64,000 nucleotides of DNA from Yuukianura sp. NJ FZ-2021 (GCA_046563655.1 CM102288.1:124001-188000); one strand, 5' to 3'; shown: positions 41,273 to 55,186, numbered from the stretch's first letter. Notes: a model not told the origin generated them from the letters alone. Translations and numbers: made by a program.

Positions 41273-44200
41273 TCAACGACGTGCTGCACGGTTTTGACGT
41301 TGACTGGCCTGCGTATTGCCTCCACGTCGTCGCTTAGGAGGTGAAGGAGACTCTTCCAGCTCAAAATCCTCCACATCAGTATCGTCATCCGCATTTCCAG
41401 TTTGGTTAGGCCCAACATTATTTCGAAGTGGCGGGAACATTCTAAACAACACAAAAGTTTTTACTCATTTACTCAAAAACATCTCGGTTTCCTTAAAATT
41501 GAGGATGGACTTACTTGAGAACACTGGCAGTTGTCTTATCCTGCAACTCAGTAATGTCCAAAGGAGTAAACAAAAAGAACTGATGAGCTTTGAATCGAGA
41601 TGCATGGGAGATGAGTGCATTTTGACTGGCTTTGCGATTGAAGGGATCCATGAACACATCGAACTCATCCAACATGAAGAAGGGGCATTCCATGATCTGC
41701 CACATGGCCAAGATGTAGCAAATTGTGGCAAAAGAACGCTCTCCGCCTGACAAACCATTCGCATATTCCGTCAAGTAGTGTCTAAAACATAAAAAAATGT
41801 CAAAACCCATTCCTCATCAGATACTCAGGAAATGTGCTGGCAGTATTGCCAACATTCTCTCACTTGATAGTTCTAGTATCCTTGCAGTTCAACACATTCA
41901 TGGTCTTCTCATTGGCTTTTCCATCTGGACAGACAAAGTAGTACAGTTCCTTCTTCTCATGATCAATCAACAGACGACCCTAAAAATTTCAATTTCAAAA
42001 AACTTAAATCCAAACTTTTTTTCAAAAATTCACTTCCATTACACTGAAAAATGTACCTTGTATCCACGAGATGCAATGAGACACTGGAAAGAAGTGACTA
42101 GCACATTTCCAATGATTTGGATCATCGACTCGTAGTAATCCACATTGGCATTTGAGTAAGCTTGCATTAGCTACAAAAACAAAAATTAAGAATTTCACAA
42201 AGACAAAATAATTTTGAAATTATTAAAAAACTTACACGAAAAACTTCGCACCAACATTTGTACTCGGCCTTCAACTCTCCATATCGTTTCTTCGCCTTGG
42301 CAAGTTCAGCCATAATCGTTGCACGATCTCCTACAATTTTCTTGGCTTCTTTTACTCGATGCTCGTAGTCTTGCACTTCTTCACGAATTGAAGCTGGGGA
42401 CCTAAAAAATGAATCCAGTTTCCATGATTTCCAAACTCAATAATTCAAATGCGAAATTCGTTTTTCTTGCAGATCAGAATCTACTACTAATTTCACGGTG
42501 TATAAAACACAAAACACAGTTTTTGTGTTTATCAAAACCAATTTTCACATCATTTCGAGTCACAGAAAGTTACAAAAGTTAAAATCATCATTACCGAGCA
42601 GTTTCAATTCTTTCGCCAGCAGCTTCAGCTTCCTCAGTCTTTTCATCGACAGATTTTTGTAGGCGTTCCAATCTCGGCTTGATGGCGTCGCATCGTCCTT
42701 GAATATCACGCATTTTCTGTTTCACTAGACGCATTTTCTGTAATAAAAAACATTCCGTTTAGTCTTAAATTCTGAGATAAACTAAAGTCACATGCAACTT
42801 AACAAAATATGAATAGAATTCTTACATTTTCAATTTGTTTCAACTTGTCTTGGTAATTATCAATCAAATCCGTCAATGATGTAACTGTGGCTTGTGTAGA
42901 TTGTATATCTGCTTGAACTTCGTCCTTTCTCTCAGACAAAGACGCAAGTTTAGTTTTAATCTCTTCAAGAGCTTCTTCCGCTTCTTCTTTGATCCGAGTG
43001 TGGCGTTCCAGTAAAGCCTTGGCGTCATTCAGCTCTTCAATCTTCAAAAACAAATTCCAAAATGGCATTTTCTAAAACTGCACAAGCAAGCAGACCTAAA
43101 TCAGCTTTAAACTCTTACAAAACTGGAAAGATCCGGTTCTCTCATCTGCGTTTTGGAATGTGCGAGCAACTTCATCTTGATGTCAGTCAATTTCTTCTGA
43201 ACCGCACGCAGTGCTTCATCTTGTCCGTTGAACTCCTGGCGAACAATCGCTTCTTCGCGCTTTTTAGCTTCCAACTCCGGACCAAGTGCTTTCAACGCTT
43301 CTTCGTCTTCAATGATACTTTTCTTCAAATGTCTAAAAATCAAAGAATACATATTTTTAAAAATATAAAAAAACAAACCAATTCAATAGTATTGTACCTT
43401 AGTTGTAATGCTGAACTACACTTCAAGTAACTGTTGCGCTGCCTTTTAGGTTTTGCTTCTATGCGATATCGCGGATCAGGTGTAATTTGGAAAAATTCCA
43501 AAGAAAATCCAAATCTGCAATTCGCTGGAAATCTGTGCAAGAGAAGACAAAATTATAAAATGTCCTAATTTTGCACAACTGTAAAGCTACATTAGCTTAC
43601 CCTGGACTTCCTCTGTCTTTTAGAGTTTCACAAGCATCTTTGTTTGACTCAAAAAGAAGAATGCTCTCGATGAGACACGAGTCAATTAGAGTATTCAACA
43701 CAGCACAGTCTCCGTTCTCCACTTCAATCATGTCGTAAATAGTCGGAGCATTTGGAATCGTTGCCTTCTTTCTCGAAATATCATAGGCCTAAAACATTAT
43801 CCATCATAAAAAACACTTGAAGCAACGCCAACGACGAGCGATGAAAACAAAACGAATTTCAAAAGTTAAGCTTGTTGGAATCAAAACTTACTCTAGTAAA
43901 GGCAGACTTGTTACAGATCACTGCTGGACGACGACCACTTCCGCCGCCAATACTTTCGTTCAAACCTCCAAACATGGAATGTCGCCCACCTTGGAATGTT
44001 TGTTGGATCAGCTGATTCAACAAGCTCTGATCTGCACCATTCTCCACAACGAAATCAAACAACTGATTATTCAAAATCATTTCAATCAGCCGCACCCACT
44101 TTTCATTCTAAAAAAAAAGCATCATTTTCAATATTTCAATTGAGTTTCCCAAAGGTTAGCGTCGTTTTCGTACCTTGACAGTAAAACAGGCACCGAGCGG

Positions 44201-46722
44201 ACCACGCGGCATAACTTTGAACTTGTGCCGATTTGAATTAATTTTGAGCATGAGATCTTCCATTTGTCGTCCGAAATCTGCATAACGGTTCACTTTTGAC
44301 GTTTTACTCTCCAGATTTCGCACTTCATCTTTCATTCGAACTAAAAACGAACAAGATTCGAAATGTTTGGTGTTCTTAATCAAAGTTTGTTCATAAAAGA
44401 TGTAAAACTTACCAATTCTGGTTTTGTACTCCTTCTCTTTGGCTTTTAAGTTATTCAATTCCTCTCGTAGTGATTCTGTGCCACTGCTGAATTGCTGTTT
44501 CTCTGCCTTGAGTGTTTGGTACTCTTGTTCATATTCTTCCTTCTCTTGCTCTAATGCTGCCAACTTCTCTTCGTAGTCTGCCTTCGCCTGCTCCGCTGCC
44601 CGCTCCACACGAGCTTGAACATCCAACATTCTTGCCTCCACCTCAGCCACTGCGGCAGTAGCATTGCTAATGTGAGCCGTTGAAGCACGAATTCTGCCTT
44701 TGTTTTCATTTGCCTGTCGCGTCAACTGGCCCAACTCACGCTGGATGTCTTGCTCCTCCTTCCCAAGATTTCGTAGTTTCGCCTTCGCAGCCTCAACTTC
44801 CTCTCGAGATGTACTAACAAAATAGAAAATTAAGCATTAAATCCAGCACCTTAGACATGAATGTTCGCTTTTTAAGCTTACGCCGAATCCTCTAGTTCCT
44901 TTTTACTCTCCAGCACCGCTTTGAGAATGTCGTCAGTTTTATTTAGCAACTGTTCCTCCTTTTCCAGGTTTGTCTGAGCCTCATTTCGCTTCTCTTCCTC
45001 AACGATGACCAAAGACCATCGGTATTCAATCGTCAGATGCTCAATCTGCTCTTCCAATTTCTCAGCTTCATCCAATTTCAGCTTGAGAGCTTCGTATTTT
45101 TGTACTTCCATTTGTCGATCTTCTACAATCTAAAAATAAATGGCATGTTTAGATAAGCGCTAAAATATGTATGCAGGAAGTCTTTGATTCCTCACCTCCC
45201 GGGTTCTGTCTAAATTCTGTTCAGTATCTTCCATGTTACTCTTCGTTTCTTTCAAGATCCGCTCAAACTGAGCCAGAGAAGAGCCTTCGAAGAAGAACTT
45301 GTACCTGAAACAAGGAAAAACAATGAAAATGACTGTGTATTTGTTGAAAGAAGAAGTTCTTACTTGTCTCCTGGGTCCTTTGTCTTCAAAAAACTACGAG
45401 CCGCTTCTTGATTGAGCACTGCCACAGGATTGTCCACCATGATTCCAAGGTTGAATAAGATAAAGTCCAGCTCCGACCGACGCAAAACTCTGAACTTAGT
45501 GTTCAATCCAGTACAGATTTTGTAAGTCGATGGGCCTCGAACATCCAGAACACGCTGAATGGTGATTTCCTTTCCATACTTGTCGTCACTCAAGACTCCA
45601 TGATTCAAAACAGTCACCTCAATCTTGGCAAACTCCTTACCAGTTTTGACCAGCTCTGATAAAAAAAAAGTTAACAGGAAATGTAATTCGAAATTCGGTT
45701 TTAATAATCTGAAAACATGGGATCAACGCTCACCAGAAATTGATTTTGTACGTGAAGTGGTGTTGGCCCTTGCTCCGAATCCAACGACAATTCCAGACAA
45801 TATTGCACTCTTTCCGGATCCATTTTCACCAGTGATGAAGTTGAGATTAGAGTTCCACTCTTTTTCAAAGTATTCATGACACATGAAATTGTATAGGCGG
45901 ACTCTTTTGATAATCCCAGAGCAAGGTTCAACTTGTTGATTTCCCTGTCACAAAGTTAGACCAAGTTAATCGTATGTAAGTAAGTGACGACCAATGTTTT
46001 TTCATTAAAACTTCAAAAAATTCACTTACGCTCAAACGCTGTTGGTAGTAAAGGAGTGCTTTGTGTGGCCGAGGCCCTCCAGACTGCTTTCGAGTTTTGG
46101 ATTGTTGCGACTGCGGACGTGAGGTTTCATCCGGATTGGACTTTCGTAACTTTTCTTTCAAAAGCAACCGCTGTCGTCGCATCTTCTCTTTCGGTGACAT
46201 CGTTTCCTCAGTATCTCCATGTGATTCTTGAAAATCCTCATTATCACCCGCATCTAAATTTAATCATCGATATTGGATTCTAATACGCAAGTTAGCACAT
46301 ACTTAGACACAACAAAGCAAATGGTTACCTGAATCAGTTGATTCAGAAGAGGCAATTGTTTGCTCAAACCTAACGGAATCCCCTCGCTTCACAGTGCTGT
46401 GATTTCGAGTCCAGTTATCCGAAACTTCTGGCGTTTTTCGTCGTTTCGGAGCTGGTAAAACGTCATCTTCCTCGTCATTTTCCTTCGTAGCAGTTGGAGA
46501 AAGAAGAGGCTGGAGCTGACGCTTTTGAGGTTGCGGAATGACTGGTCGAGTGCTCTGTTTGGCTTTCTGTTCATGTTGCTGCTGTCTGTCTCGACTGTTT
46601 GGCCTTCCTCGCTCAGTTAAGATCCCACTAGTATCCGTATCATTCACCGAATCTTCAAGCCGCTGATTCGACCTGTGAAAGTCAGATACGTCTCTCACGC
46701 GTCGGGACAACCGGAAAGCCAT
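41273..46722 (-). CDS. SMC6: Structural maintenance of chromosomes protein 6, full length
   Basis: NFMCH, Walker A GENGSGKS, hinge PRGPLG, signature LSGGERS, Walker B FFMLDEFDVFMD, FTP. Confidence 0.93.
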
Positions 46723-47587
46723 ACTGAATAGCTGCCTTTCCTTTAGAGAAAACAGAATAAACCAAGATCTTTACAAAGTTCTGTAATTAGAGGCTGGACG
46801 TTAAGTAACACTCTCACCTGTGTAAAGTACACGTTGTGATAGCTGGTGCTAGTTCAGGTGAGGGTCAACTAAAAACAACCAGTGCCAAATCAATCGATTT
46901 ACATAGTAATAAATCAAAATTAAATCATAAATTAAATTAACTTCTCCACAAAGACAATCCAGCACAAAACTCAACGGATACGTGCCAAAAACCTGGAATT
47001 ATTTTGTCATTATATAATACAAAATACAAATGCACTTAGAAACTGCCAAATACTGCAATTCAATTCCAAAAGTCATATTCACTGTGCAAAATGACAACTG
47101 TTTTGTATTTTGCAAATGCCAATGGTTGATTCTACAAATGCAGAATGCAAAATCTTTAGTACAAAACAAAGCAAAATCAATCCCCCGCTGTACCGCTCTG
47201 AATTTAAAAATTCTATTCCCGCCTAATTTTTTCTACACGTTGTCTCACGTTCTAATTGGTGTAGGGTCTAATAGTGGGATAACCTCATCTGCACTTTCTC
47301 ATTATTCCGAGAATTAGTGTCCAACTAGATTTGCAGTTGAGACAAAGTGCGGGAAATTATTTTGAAATAGGAAACAATCAAAAACAAGCGATGCCTTTCG
47401 CATTTCGCTTTCATTCAATCAATCATTCAATCTGACAGGCAAAAGGTAGGGTTAAGTTTTAAATTTAGTTAAATCAATCTGTTTCCTCAATTTATCTTTC
47501 TAATTGAAAAACATTGCTACCTTACCTAAATAACTTGATTCACCAATTCTTAGTCGTAGTACAGTCTTACGTATTTTTAATTTTGAG

Positions 47588-48826
47588 ATGGAGCCCGTTG
47601 TTCAACCTGAAGCAGAAATGCCGGTAGGAAGTCCGTCCAGGTCAATTGAGCATCAGGAACTGTTGGATTACGCGGTATGCGCCAATTCTCTTTGATGTAT
47701 AATTTTTAAACAATCTTTCATGTTGAATTATTTGGCATTACAGAAGGAACGCTATCAAAGTGTCCTGGATAGAACGATCAAGAACTTGAAAGTGGCATTT
47801 GTTCAGGCCGGTACGGATTTACATATCTTGGAACAATTGGGGACTCTTTGGACGGAGGAACTTGACCAAGCCTTAGAAGTCATGGGGCACAAAGGTTACC
47901 TACTACTTTGTCCACACTATTTCCAGTTTTCTTATTCCAGGAATATTGTTTCGTTCTGTTTTAGTAGGTTCAGGCCTGAACGAAAGTGGTAGTCAGCTGT
48001 ACATACCACAGGCGGACGGTAATGATGACGATGATGATGACCACTATTTGGAATTTGTTGCGGCAAGTGACGATCAAGGATTAGACGTCATGGACCAACA
48101 AGGTTGCCTAGTTTCTCTGACTTCTAGTTGTTCAGTCGATTGCAAGTATCTTTTTAATATTTATTAGCTGACATACCGCAAGCCGATGGTAATACTGCGG
48201 ATGACGGTGACGATGACGGAGATTCGGACTATGTGCCACCCAATGACGACTCTTCAGGAGACGAGTCAGATGACCTTCAGACGGTGACGAGTAGCAAATA
48301 CCTGCCTTACACAATGACTCGTTCTCGTCCTAGTATTATCAGGAAGGAAAGTGCTAGTGCTGCTACACACAGCCGAGCGGAGAGAAAGGAATTCGCACTG
48401 GCTGACCAACTTGATGTTGACGTAGATGGATTTGGGAACTATCTCGGCCTTGAAGTAAATCAAGCAAACTTAAGTTTTCCCCTAAGTTTATCCAGTTTTA
48501 GCTAAATGTTGTAAGCAATTAGCAATGTCGGTTCGTTTTTGGTTTTCAGAAACCAATCAACGCCGACGACGATCAGACTGACGAGGAAGACGACGAGGAC
48601 TGGAATACAGACTGCAAAATGTTTTGTGTCATCAAGAAGGTAATGCTAAAACTATTTGTATGTTCTGGACGGAATGTGCTGGCAGCAGTTTGGTCGACAT
48701 TTTTGAATGTTGGTACAGCTCGCAAGGCAGCAACACACTTGGAGGATGGAACTGGTTGATGGAATTTTCCACATCAATGGGATCGACCACTTCTTCAGGA
48801 AGGCGTACTTGGAAGCCCAGTGGTAA
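47588..48826 (+). CDS. Divergent TFIIA large (alpha/beta) subunit homolog (6 exons)
   Basis: Alpha part RYQSVLDRTIKNLKVAFVQAGTDLHILEQLGTLW; acidic linker with two QADG; beta part PINADDD...FCVIKK|LARQQHTWRMELVDGIFHINGIDHFFRKAYLEAQW*. Confidence 0.85.
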
Positions 48827-49249
48827 CTGTGTCTACGGATCTGTTTCTCCATGATACCGCATCACACTCTTCTTATAAATTAATTCAGGCTTCAGATTTT
48901 CTCATTTTAGAATCATTTCCAACTATTTCAATTAATTTCTCTTGTTACTTTCTTCATTTACATTAAAGATTCTTATAAATTCTTGTGTCTCCCTTCCACC
49001 GTCTCCTTTCCACCAAAATTTAATGTCGCTATGCCACCAATCTTGTTGAACTCTGGTGCGTTGCCTAAGAAAAAGCAGTTGTTTTCCACCAAAGCCGAAA
49101 TGCGTCTTTGGATAACCGATTTTTAGGTAAGTTGTTCTCCTTGTCATTTCTCAATCAAAACTGAAAGTTTCTCTACTTTAATTTTGTGTTTTTGATCATA
49201 GGTGGACATTGCTAAAGTAAACTGAGGCTGGAATACTAGAACTCTGAGA

Positions 49250-50955
49250 ATGCCGCCTCCGAAGAAAGCACGTCGCTCGAAGAAGGGAAAAGGGAAGCGT
49301 AAAGGGCGGAAGAAGAAGAAGAAGGGAAAGAAGGGGCCTGGGAAAGCCCCACCGCCACTTCATCTTCTGTCCGAATTGTACCGGAAACTGATCGATGCTG
49401 TCCGAACGCTATACGAAATGCGTGTGGCAGCACGTAAAAAACGAGTTGAAGGATGGTTTCTCACAAAGGAAATGGCGGAACTCAAGAGTGACAATGAGCT
49501 CTACCACGACTACCTCAACGACAACATCGAAGACCTCCAGAATGCCATAGACAAGTTCAAGTGAGAATCACAACTTTCTAACAAAATTTACAATTCTAAG
49601 TGATTGTTTTGAAAACTTTGAATTTTTGTTCTTCTAGGAGATTGATCCAAGAAATTAAAGACGCAATTGCGAAAGCTGTTGCAGCGAGACTTGCGAAGTT
49701 ACAGAAGCAGTTGGACGATTACGAGAGAAGAACTGCTGACTTAGAGAAGGAGCTTGCAGACATTCGTTCACAATTACTCGAATTTGAATCTCTCATGTAA
49801 AAAGTTTGACCTTTGACCTCCTCATGATTCACTTTCAGCACAAATGTCAACTGGGCTAACTTTTGTTTTCATTTTGAAGGGTGGAGTTAGCTCGTCTAAT
49901 GGCCAGAATCCAGGAACTGCTGGCGGAAATTGAAGCTGCCAAATTCGCCGCAGAACTCAAGATTCGTCATCTGACTAACCAGTTCCTGGAGTGAGTTGAC
50001 TAAAAACTTGAAAATGTTTAGTTGAAAGATGAATCATCCAGTTTAAAATGGCACTTAATTTCAGGGAGCGTGGACGACTGCACAATCACTTGGAAATGCA
50101 ATTGTTTGAGCTCATCAAGAACTGCCGCACCTATCTTATGCCAATTCTGTGGAACTTTATGCAAAAACTCATCACGGACAATCGTTGTCTTCGATGGAGA
50201 CTTGGTCGAACGGATGAAAAAAACATTGTACACGACAGTTTCCAACTTTTAAACAAAACTTATGTTTAACGTACTATTTTTTAATTCCTTAGATGCTGGT
50301 CGGCAAGAGAGAAGAAATGATGCGCCGTCGCAAGATCCTGACTCTTGAAAAGCCATACTGGGACATTCAGTGGGCATTTTTTGTATGAACTAATCTCCTA
50401 ATGAGTACTTTCAGTATTATCCAGTTCAAAATGTTAAAAAGTTTTTTGGTTTAGAAATTGGGTGAGATGGACACTGCTCTGAAGAAGAAGAAGCGTCCAG
50501 CATTCCTCCTGGACAACAAGTACTCTGGGTTTGCTGACTTGGCAACTACAGACGCTGGAGAAGCTGCGACGATCGACGCCGTCTCACGCCTCATTCCCTC
50601 CACGCAACTCGGCAAAGACTTTAACGTTTTTCTCATTCAAAGACTCACGGCAGCCAAAGAAGCACAAGAAAGACACGAACGAGAGAAGAAGCGGGAAGAG
50701 AAGCGATTTCTCAAGAAACTCCTGAGTACTGTCCAAGCCATGAAGGATCGAAACCAATCTTTTACTTCAGGTAATTCAATTAATTATAATGTATTAATGT
50801 ATTATATTAATTTAATTAATTGTACAGGAAAAGACATGGGCGTGATTGTAGGAGAAGACGAAGATGACTGGGAAGATATGCATGAGCATCCAGGCTACGG
50901 CTATGGTGAAGACTATGGATTACATTATGGCGAAGACTATTTTGTAGACGAATAA
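49250..50955 (+). CDS. CCDC166/DUF4515-like coiled-coil protein
   Basis: Lys-rich N-terminus; LKSDNELYHDYL...NAI and LMARIQELLAEI...LTNQFLE resemble CCDC166 (from memory). Confidence 0.55.
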
Positions 50956-51082
50956 GACTAACACTAAACTTCACAATTTTACAAATATAAGTGAAGCCAT
51001 CTAAAGGTCAAAGGTCACTTTTCCTAATTTTGAATCAGAAACGATTACCATACTTTTGCATTTTAGCAATGAATTCCTAAGC

Positions 51083-52609
51083 TTATTTTTCAGTTTTTAG
51101 TTCTGAGAGAACTTTTGTAAAGCGATCTTTGAGAGTTTCGATTGAAACTGCTTTCGTTTCTGTTGAAGATGAATTGATCAATTGGTCCAAAACAACTGCA
51201 AGTTGTGGATTGGGCATAGTTTTGATACAGTTCAGTGCTTGTTCAAAAGTTGCAAGTTGATCTTTCCTTTTGAGAAGTGCAGACAACATGTCCAGTTGTA
51301 TGTCTTTCATTGCACGAAGACGCTGTTCCAGTTCCTGGACAGATTCTTCATGTTTTTTCAACTTCGAACGAGTCCACCTTGTTAAAAATAGAAATTAAAA
51401 CTAAAAAGTACAAATTATAATTCTAAACGTGATTAATTTACACTGTGGATGTTGTTTTAGCTAGTCCGGGCGGCAAAATGTCAAAGTTCAACTCTTCTTC
51501 GTCCAAACGAACCGACTTGAAGGCTGGAGACGGTGTTATTTTGAACAAATCCAAAGTATAGGCCACCTTGCAGCCTTTTGGCAAGCTACAAAGGTCAAAG
51601 GTCACACTTTTCATTTCCGCAGTGTTCAAAAATTGAAGGAATTTTGAAATTCCAAATATTAAAATATTTACTTGTTTTTCTCAGCTAGGTTCGGAAAGGC
51701 CTCGTGTTGTGTTTTGAACAGAAGAATGCGATGGATGTTTGTGTTTTCGAGAAGGAATCGTGTGACGATCTTGTCTTTGTCGTTGATTGAAAGCACATCC
51801 AGCACAGTGACCAGGTCAGGCTCCTTGGTGCTACACAGATCCATCTCCAGGGGCTGCAATTTCACGGTTTTTAGCATTTCCAAAACTAAAAAGAAAAAGT
51901 TGACCTGTGTCCTCACCTTGGAATCGAAGTTGATGACCCAGACAGCGGGATGTTGAGCGTAGTCAGCCGGCCAACCACCGATGTCATCAATCAAGTTCTC
52001 TAAAACTGTGCGATCTTCGTGAGAGTGAACCAGGAAGGTATAGATGACTGGTCGCAGAATGTATTCCACGAGGGGTTTCCATTCGCCCTGAAAGGTCAAG
52101 AGGTCAAGGTCAAATTGCGGAGTTAAGATAAGTTTTAGCAGAATTACTTTCACTGAGAAGCAGGATCCGATTGGTCCTTTGGGTGGCCTTGAGAAGGGAG
52201 TTGATGAAATGGAGATCATGAGTGCTTGTAGCTCCCTGGAGTAAACTCCCATCACATCTTCCCTGACCTCATTCATTTGAAGGAGGTCATTCTGGTGCTG
52301 GAGGTCACGGTGGACTTGGTTCCTCAACAAGTTCCAGGCACGGATCCTTCCAGTCAGGGTTTCATACTTGTTGAACAGGAGTTGATACTGGATCTTCTGA
52401 AGCAGAATGTTGCGTTGACCTCTGAGATTGAGAAGATGCCGCACGTCTTTCAAGTCATCTCGTTCCGTTCTACTGCAGAAGTTCTGGACATCCTGGACAA
52501 AGTCCCTGGAATTGTTGTCTTCCTCCTCGGAAGTGAAGCGAAGCAGGTCAAGCACGGTGTCCGTAGTGACCTCTCCTTGACCTTCTCTTTTCTTCGAATC
52601 CTTAGACAT
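51083..52609 (-). CDS. Hinge-only SMC6 paralog, about 417 aa; exons 52609-52148, 52087-51917, 51853-51672, 51585-51442, 51377-51083
   Basis: PPKGPIGSCFSVK|GEWKPLVEYIL...HRILLF...LPKGCKVAYTLDLFKITPSP aligns by eye with the hinge of the neighbouring SMC6; no Walker motifs. The last acceptor is an unusual AAG. Confidence 0.8.
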
Positions 52610-53385
52610 GGCTTCTCCTCTTCCTAAATTCTTTGTAAAAAGTTAAATCCAAATGTTCGTCCGCTGTCGAGATCTTTTGTGAAACGACTGGAACAAAATC
52701 AAAATGCTGTCTTTCCGTCGTATGTATCAAAAAATTAACATTTTGTCAGAAAATTGCAACTTGGAGATGCGCTGTGCAAATATTTTTAAGCAGTTAGTTG
52801 TCTGTCTAGGTAGAACGAAGCCTAGGAAAATTAGCATTTACGGGTTGTATTCATACGCGCAGTTTTAATTTGGATTGGTTTTGTTTATGCACCTAGCTAA
52901 TTAAAATTACAAATTGAAAATTATAAGATTGTACTGTCATTTGCGTGCTGTTTGTTCTGGAAGGCGTTTTCTACTGTTTCTAAAATTTTGTAGTGACAGT
53001 AAAAACACGCGTCGGAATCTAATCAGCTGATGGGAAAAACATTTTTCTTTTTAGTGGATTAAAATAAGTTACATGATTATAAAATAAATTGTTGTTGAAC
53101 CAATGTAAAAGTTAATAATAGTGGAAGCTGGACTCAATATTAGTAAGTACGGCTCATTTTAGTACTTAATCGATCATTGTTCTTTGTGTACCATTGTTCA
53201 AATTAGTTTGTTTACATTTACAGGTAGGGATTTCATAAAGAAATGTGTTTATGCACCCATAAACTTATAATCGTTAATACTACAGCATTCAACTTCTTAT
53301 TTCGAGAGTGATTGACATCGCCAGGAACACAAGTCACTTGAGCAGTAGCTGAGAAGCGAGGATCTCCGTCCAGCAGAACTGAAAG

Positions 53386-54446
53386 ATGAAGTTAGTAAAT
53401 GAGGCTGACATGATGGAATTTGCATCAGGTCGCAAACCCGACATCGAAGGGCGTCTGCAACACAGAACTCCCTCCAATTCAGGTTCATCAGTCATCAATT
53501 TACAAGTTACCAACGAATTAACACAACTTTCAAAAACTTGTAACTTGTTTTTGTTTCTGTGCTTTCAGGATTTCGAGAACGATTCTTCAAGTTGGTTGGG
53601 AACTTACTCTTTTACTACAGAATCTCCGACTGGGGTCAGGTCGAGCCACAGGTACTTTTCAACACATCTTCATCACTACATTCACATTTGTTCTGTACTA
53701 ATTTGAATATCCAGTTTCACTTGTTTGAATAACAGCCAATCGGAGTGATCGTCCTGGAAAACTACTGTGTCCGTCCAGACTCTGGCCTCTTGTTCCCATT
53801 TGCCTTTGAACTTACTTTTAAAGATGACCCCGACAAAAGACACATCTTCACTACCAGAACAGAGCACGACATGAACAACTGGATCCACACTCTCCAGTCA
53901 TCCAGGTCAGACCATACTCATTTCCTATTTGAATCTACATTTATGCACACGTATGTAAATTGACGTTTTACTGTTGTTTAGCTACCAGTATTGGAAGCAG
54001 CAGTACGACAACCTCTCTTCTCAACTCAGTGCCACATCACAAAAAGTAACACACCTTCCAGTTTACTAATTAAACAGTTAATTTACTTACTGCCTCTACT
54101 AAAGTTAAGTTTTGCTTTAATTCCAGAAACAGGGCGTTTCTCTCCTGACGACTCCAAATCGGGTGAACCCCTTCCAGTCCCTCCTACTTCCAGAATTCGC
54201 CCCACCGCCACCACTCCCACCTCGTCGCTCCAGCCCCACCGTACCACCATCTCCAGTCCATCGACCTCAACCCATAGCACCACCGCCAATCTCATCCGAA
54301 GATTTGATCAGTTTATGAAAACAATCTTTCATTTTTACAAACCGATAATGAAATATGCTCTTCCTCTCCCGCACAACGAAACGAATACCGAGAATAAAAC
54401 AGCGATGACCGATAATCGTTCCACTTCTGCCTTCCAAGCCATTTGA
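53386..54446 (+). CDS. PLEKHJ1: PH-domain protein PLEKHJ1-like
   Basis: RERFFKLVGNLLFYYR, PIGVIVLE, FELTFKDDPDKRHIF, NNWIHTLQSSSYQYW. Confidence 0.8.
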
Positions 54447-55186
54447 CACGCGCAATGCAGAAGCATTTCCGCACGCACATTCCAATGTTTGTGTCCCACT
54501 TTGTAAGTGGTCCCAAAATACTACTACTAGTCTTCTTCTAGTACTTTTAGTACTCAATTGGTTCAAATTGTATGAGGCCTTGACAGATGAGTAATGGATG
54601 TTTTGGCAAATTGGAACGCTTGACAGGTTCCAGACACGAATGCCAAACAGTGCGAAGTTGTGACGACCATCGTTTGGGAAAAAGTAGGAGTAGTTTGAAC
54701 TTTTAATCACAAAACAAGGTCTTTTTAATTGAATCAATTCAAAATGTTTTTGGGAGGCAGTTGGAAGAACGTTAAATCATGATTAAGTCTAATCCAATTG
54801 TTAAACTGTTTATATCAAACACACTTCCTTCAACTTGTGTCAAGATGACTGACTGACACTTGGACATATGAGTGTGTGACACACTTTTTCTAAAATTGAA
54901 CAAAACACTACTTGGTAGGGGGTGTGCAAAAAAGTTATGCGAAATGTAGATTTGGCAAACAGAATGATGCTGAAGATCAATTTTAACTTGTGAGCAGCGT
55001 CCGTGTCTGTTCCTATTGTTTTTAAACTATTTGTGCGTAAAGTGGTCAACGACAAACAAAATTAAGAAGAGATTTTAGTTTTGCGAAATCATTCGCTTTT
55101 TAGTTTTCAAATATTGCCAATTCGGAACATTTTTTGTAGAGAAAATGTTAATTTGAAGAATCAAGTTTTAAAATTTGAAACAAAAT

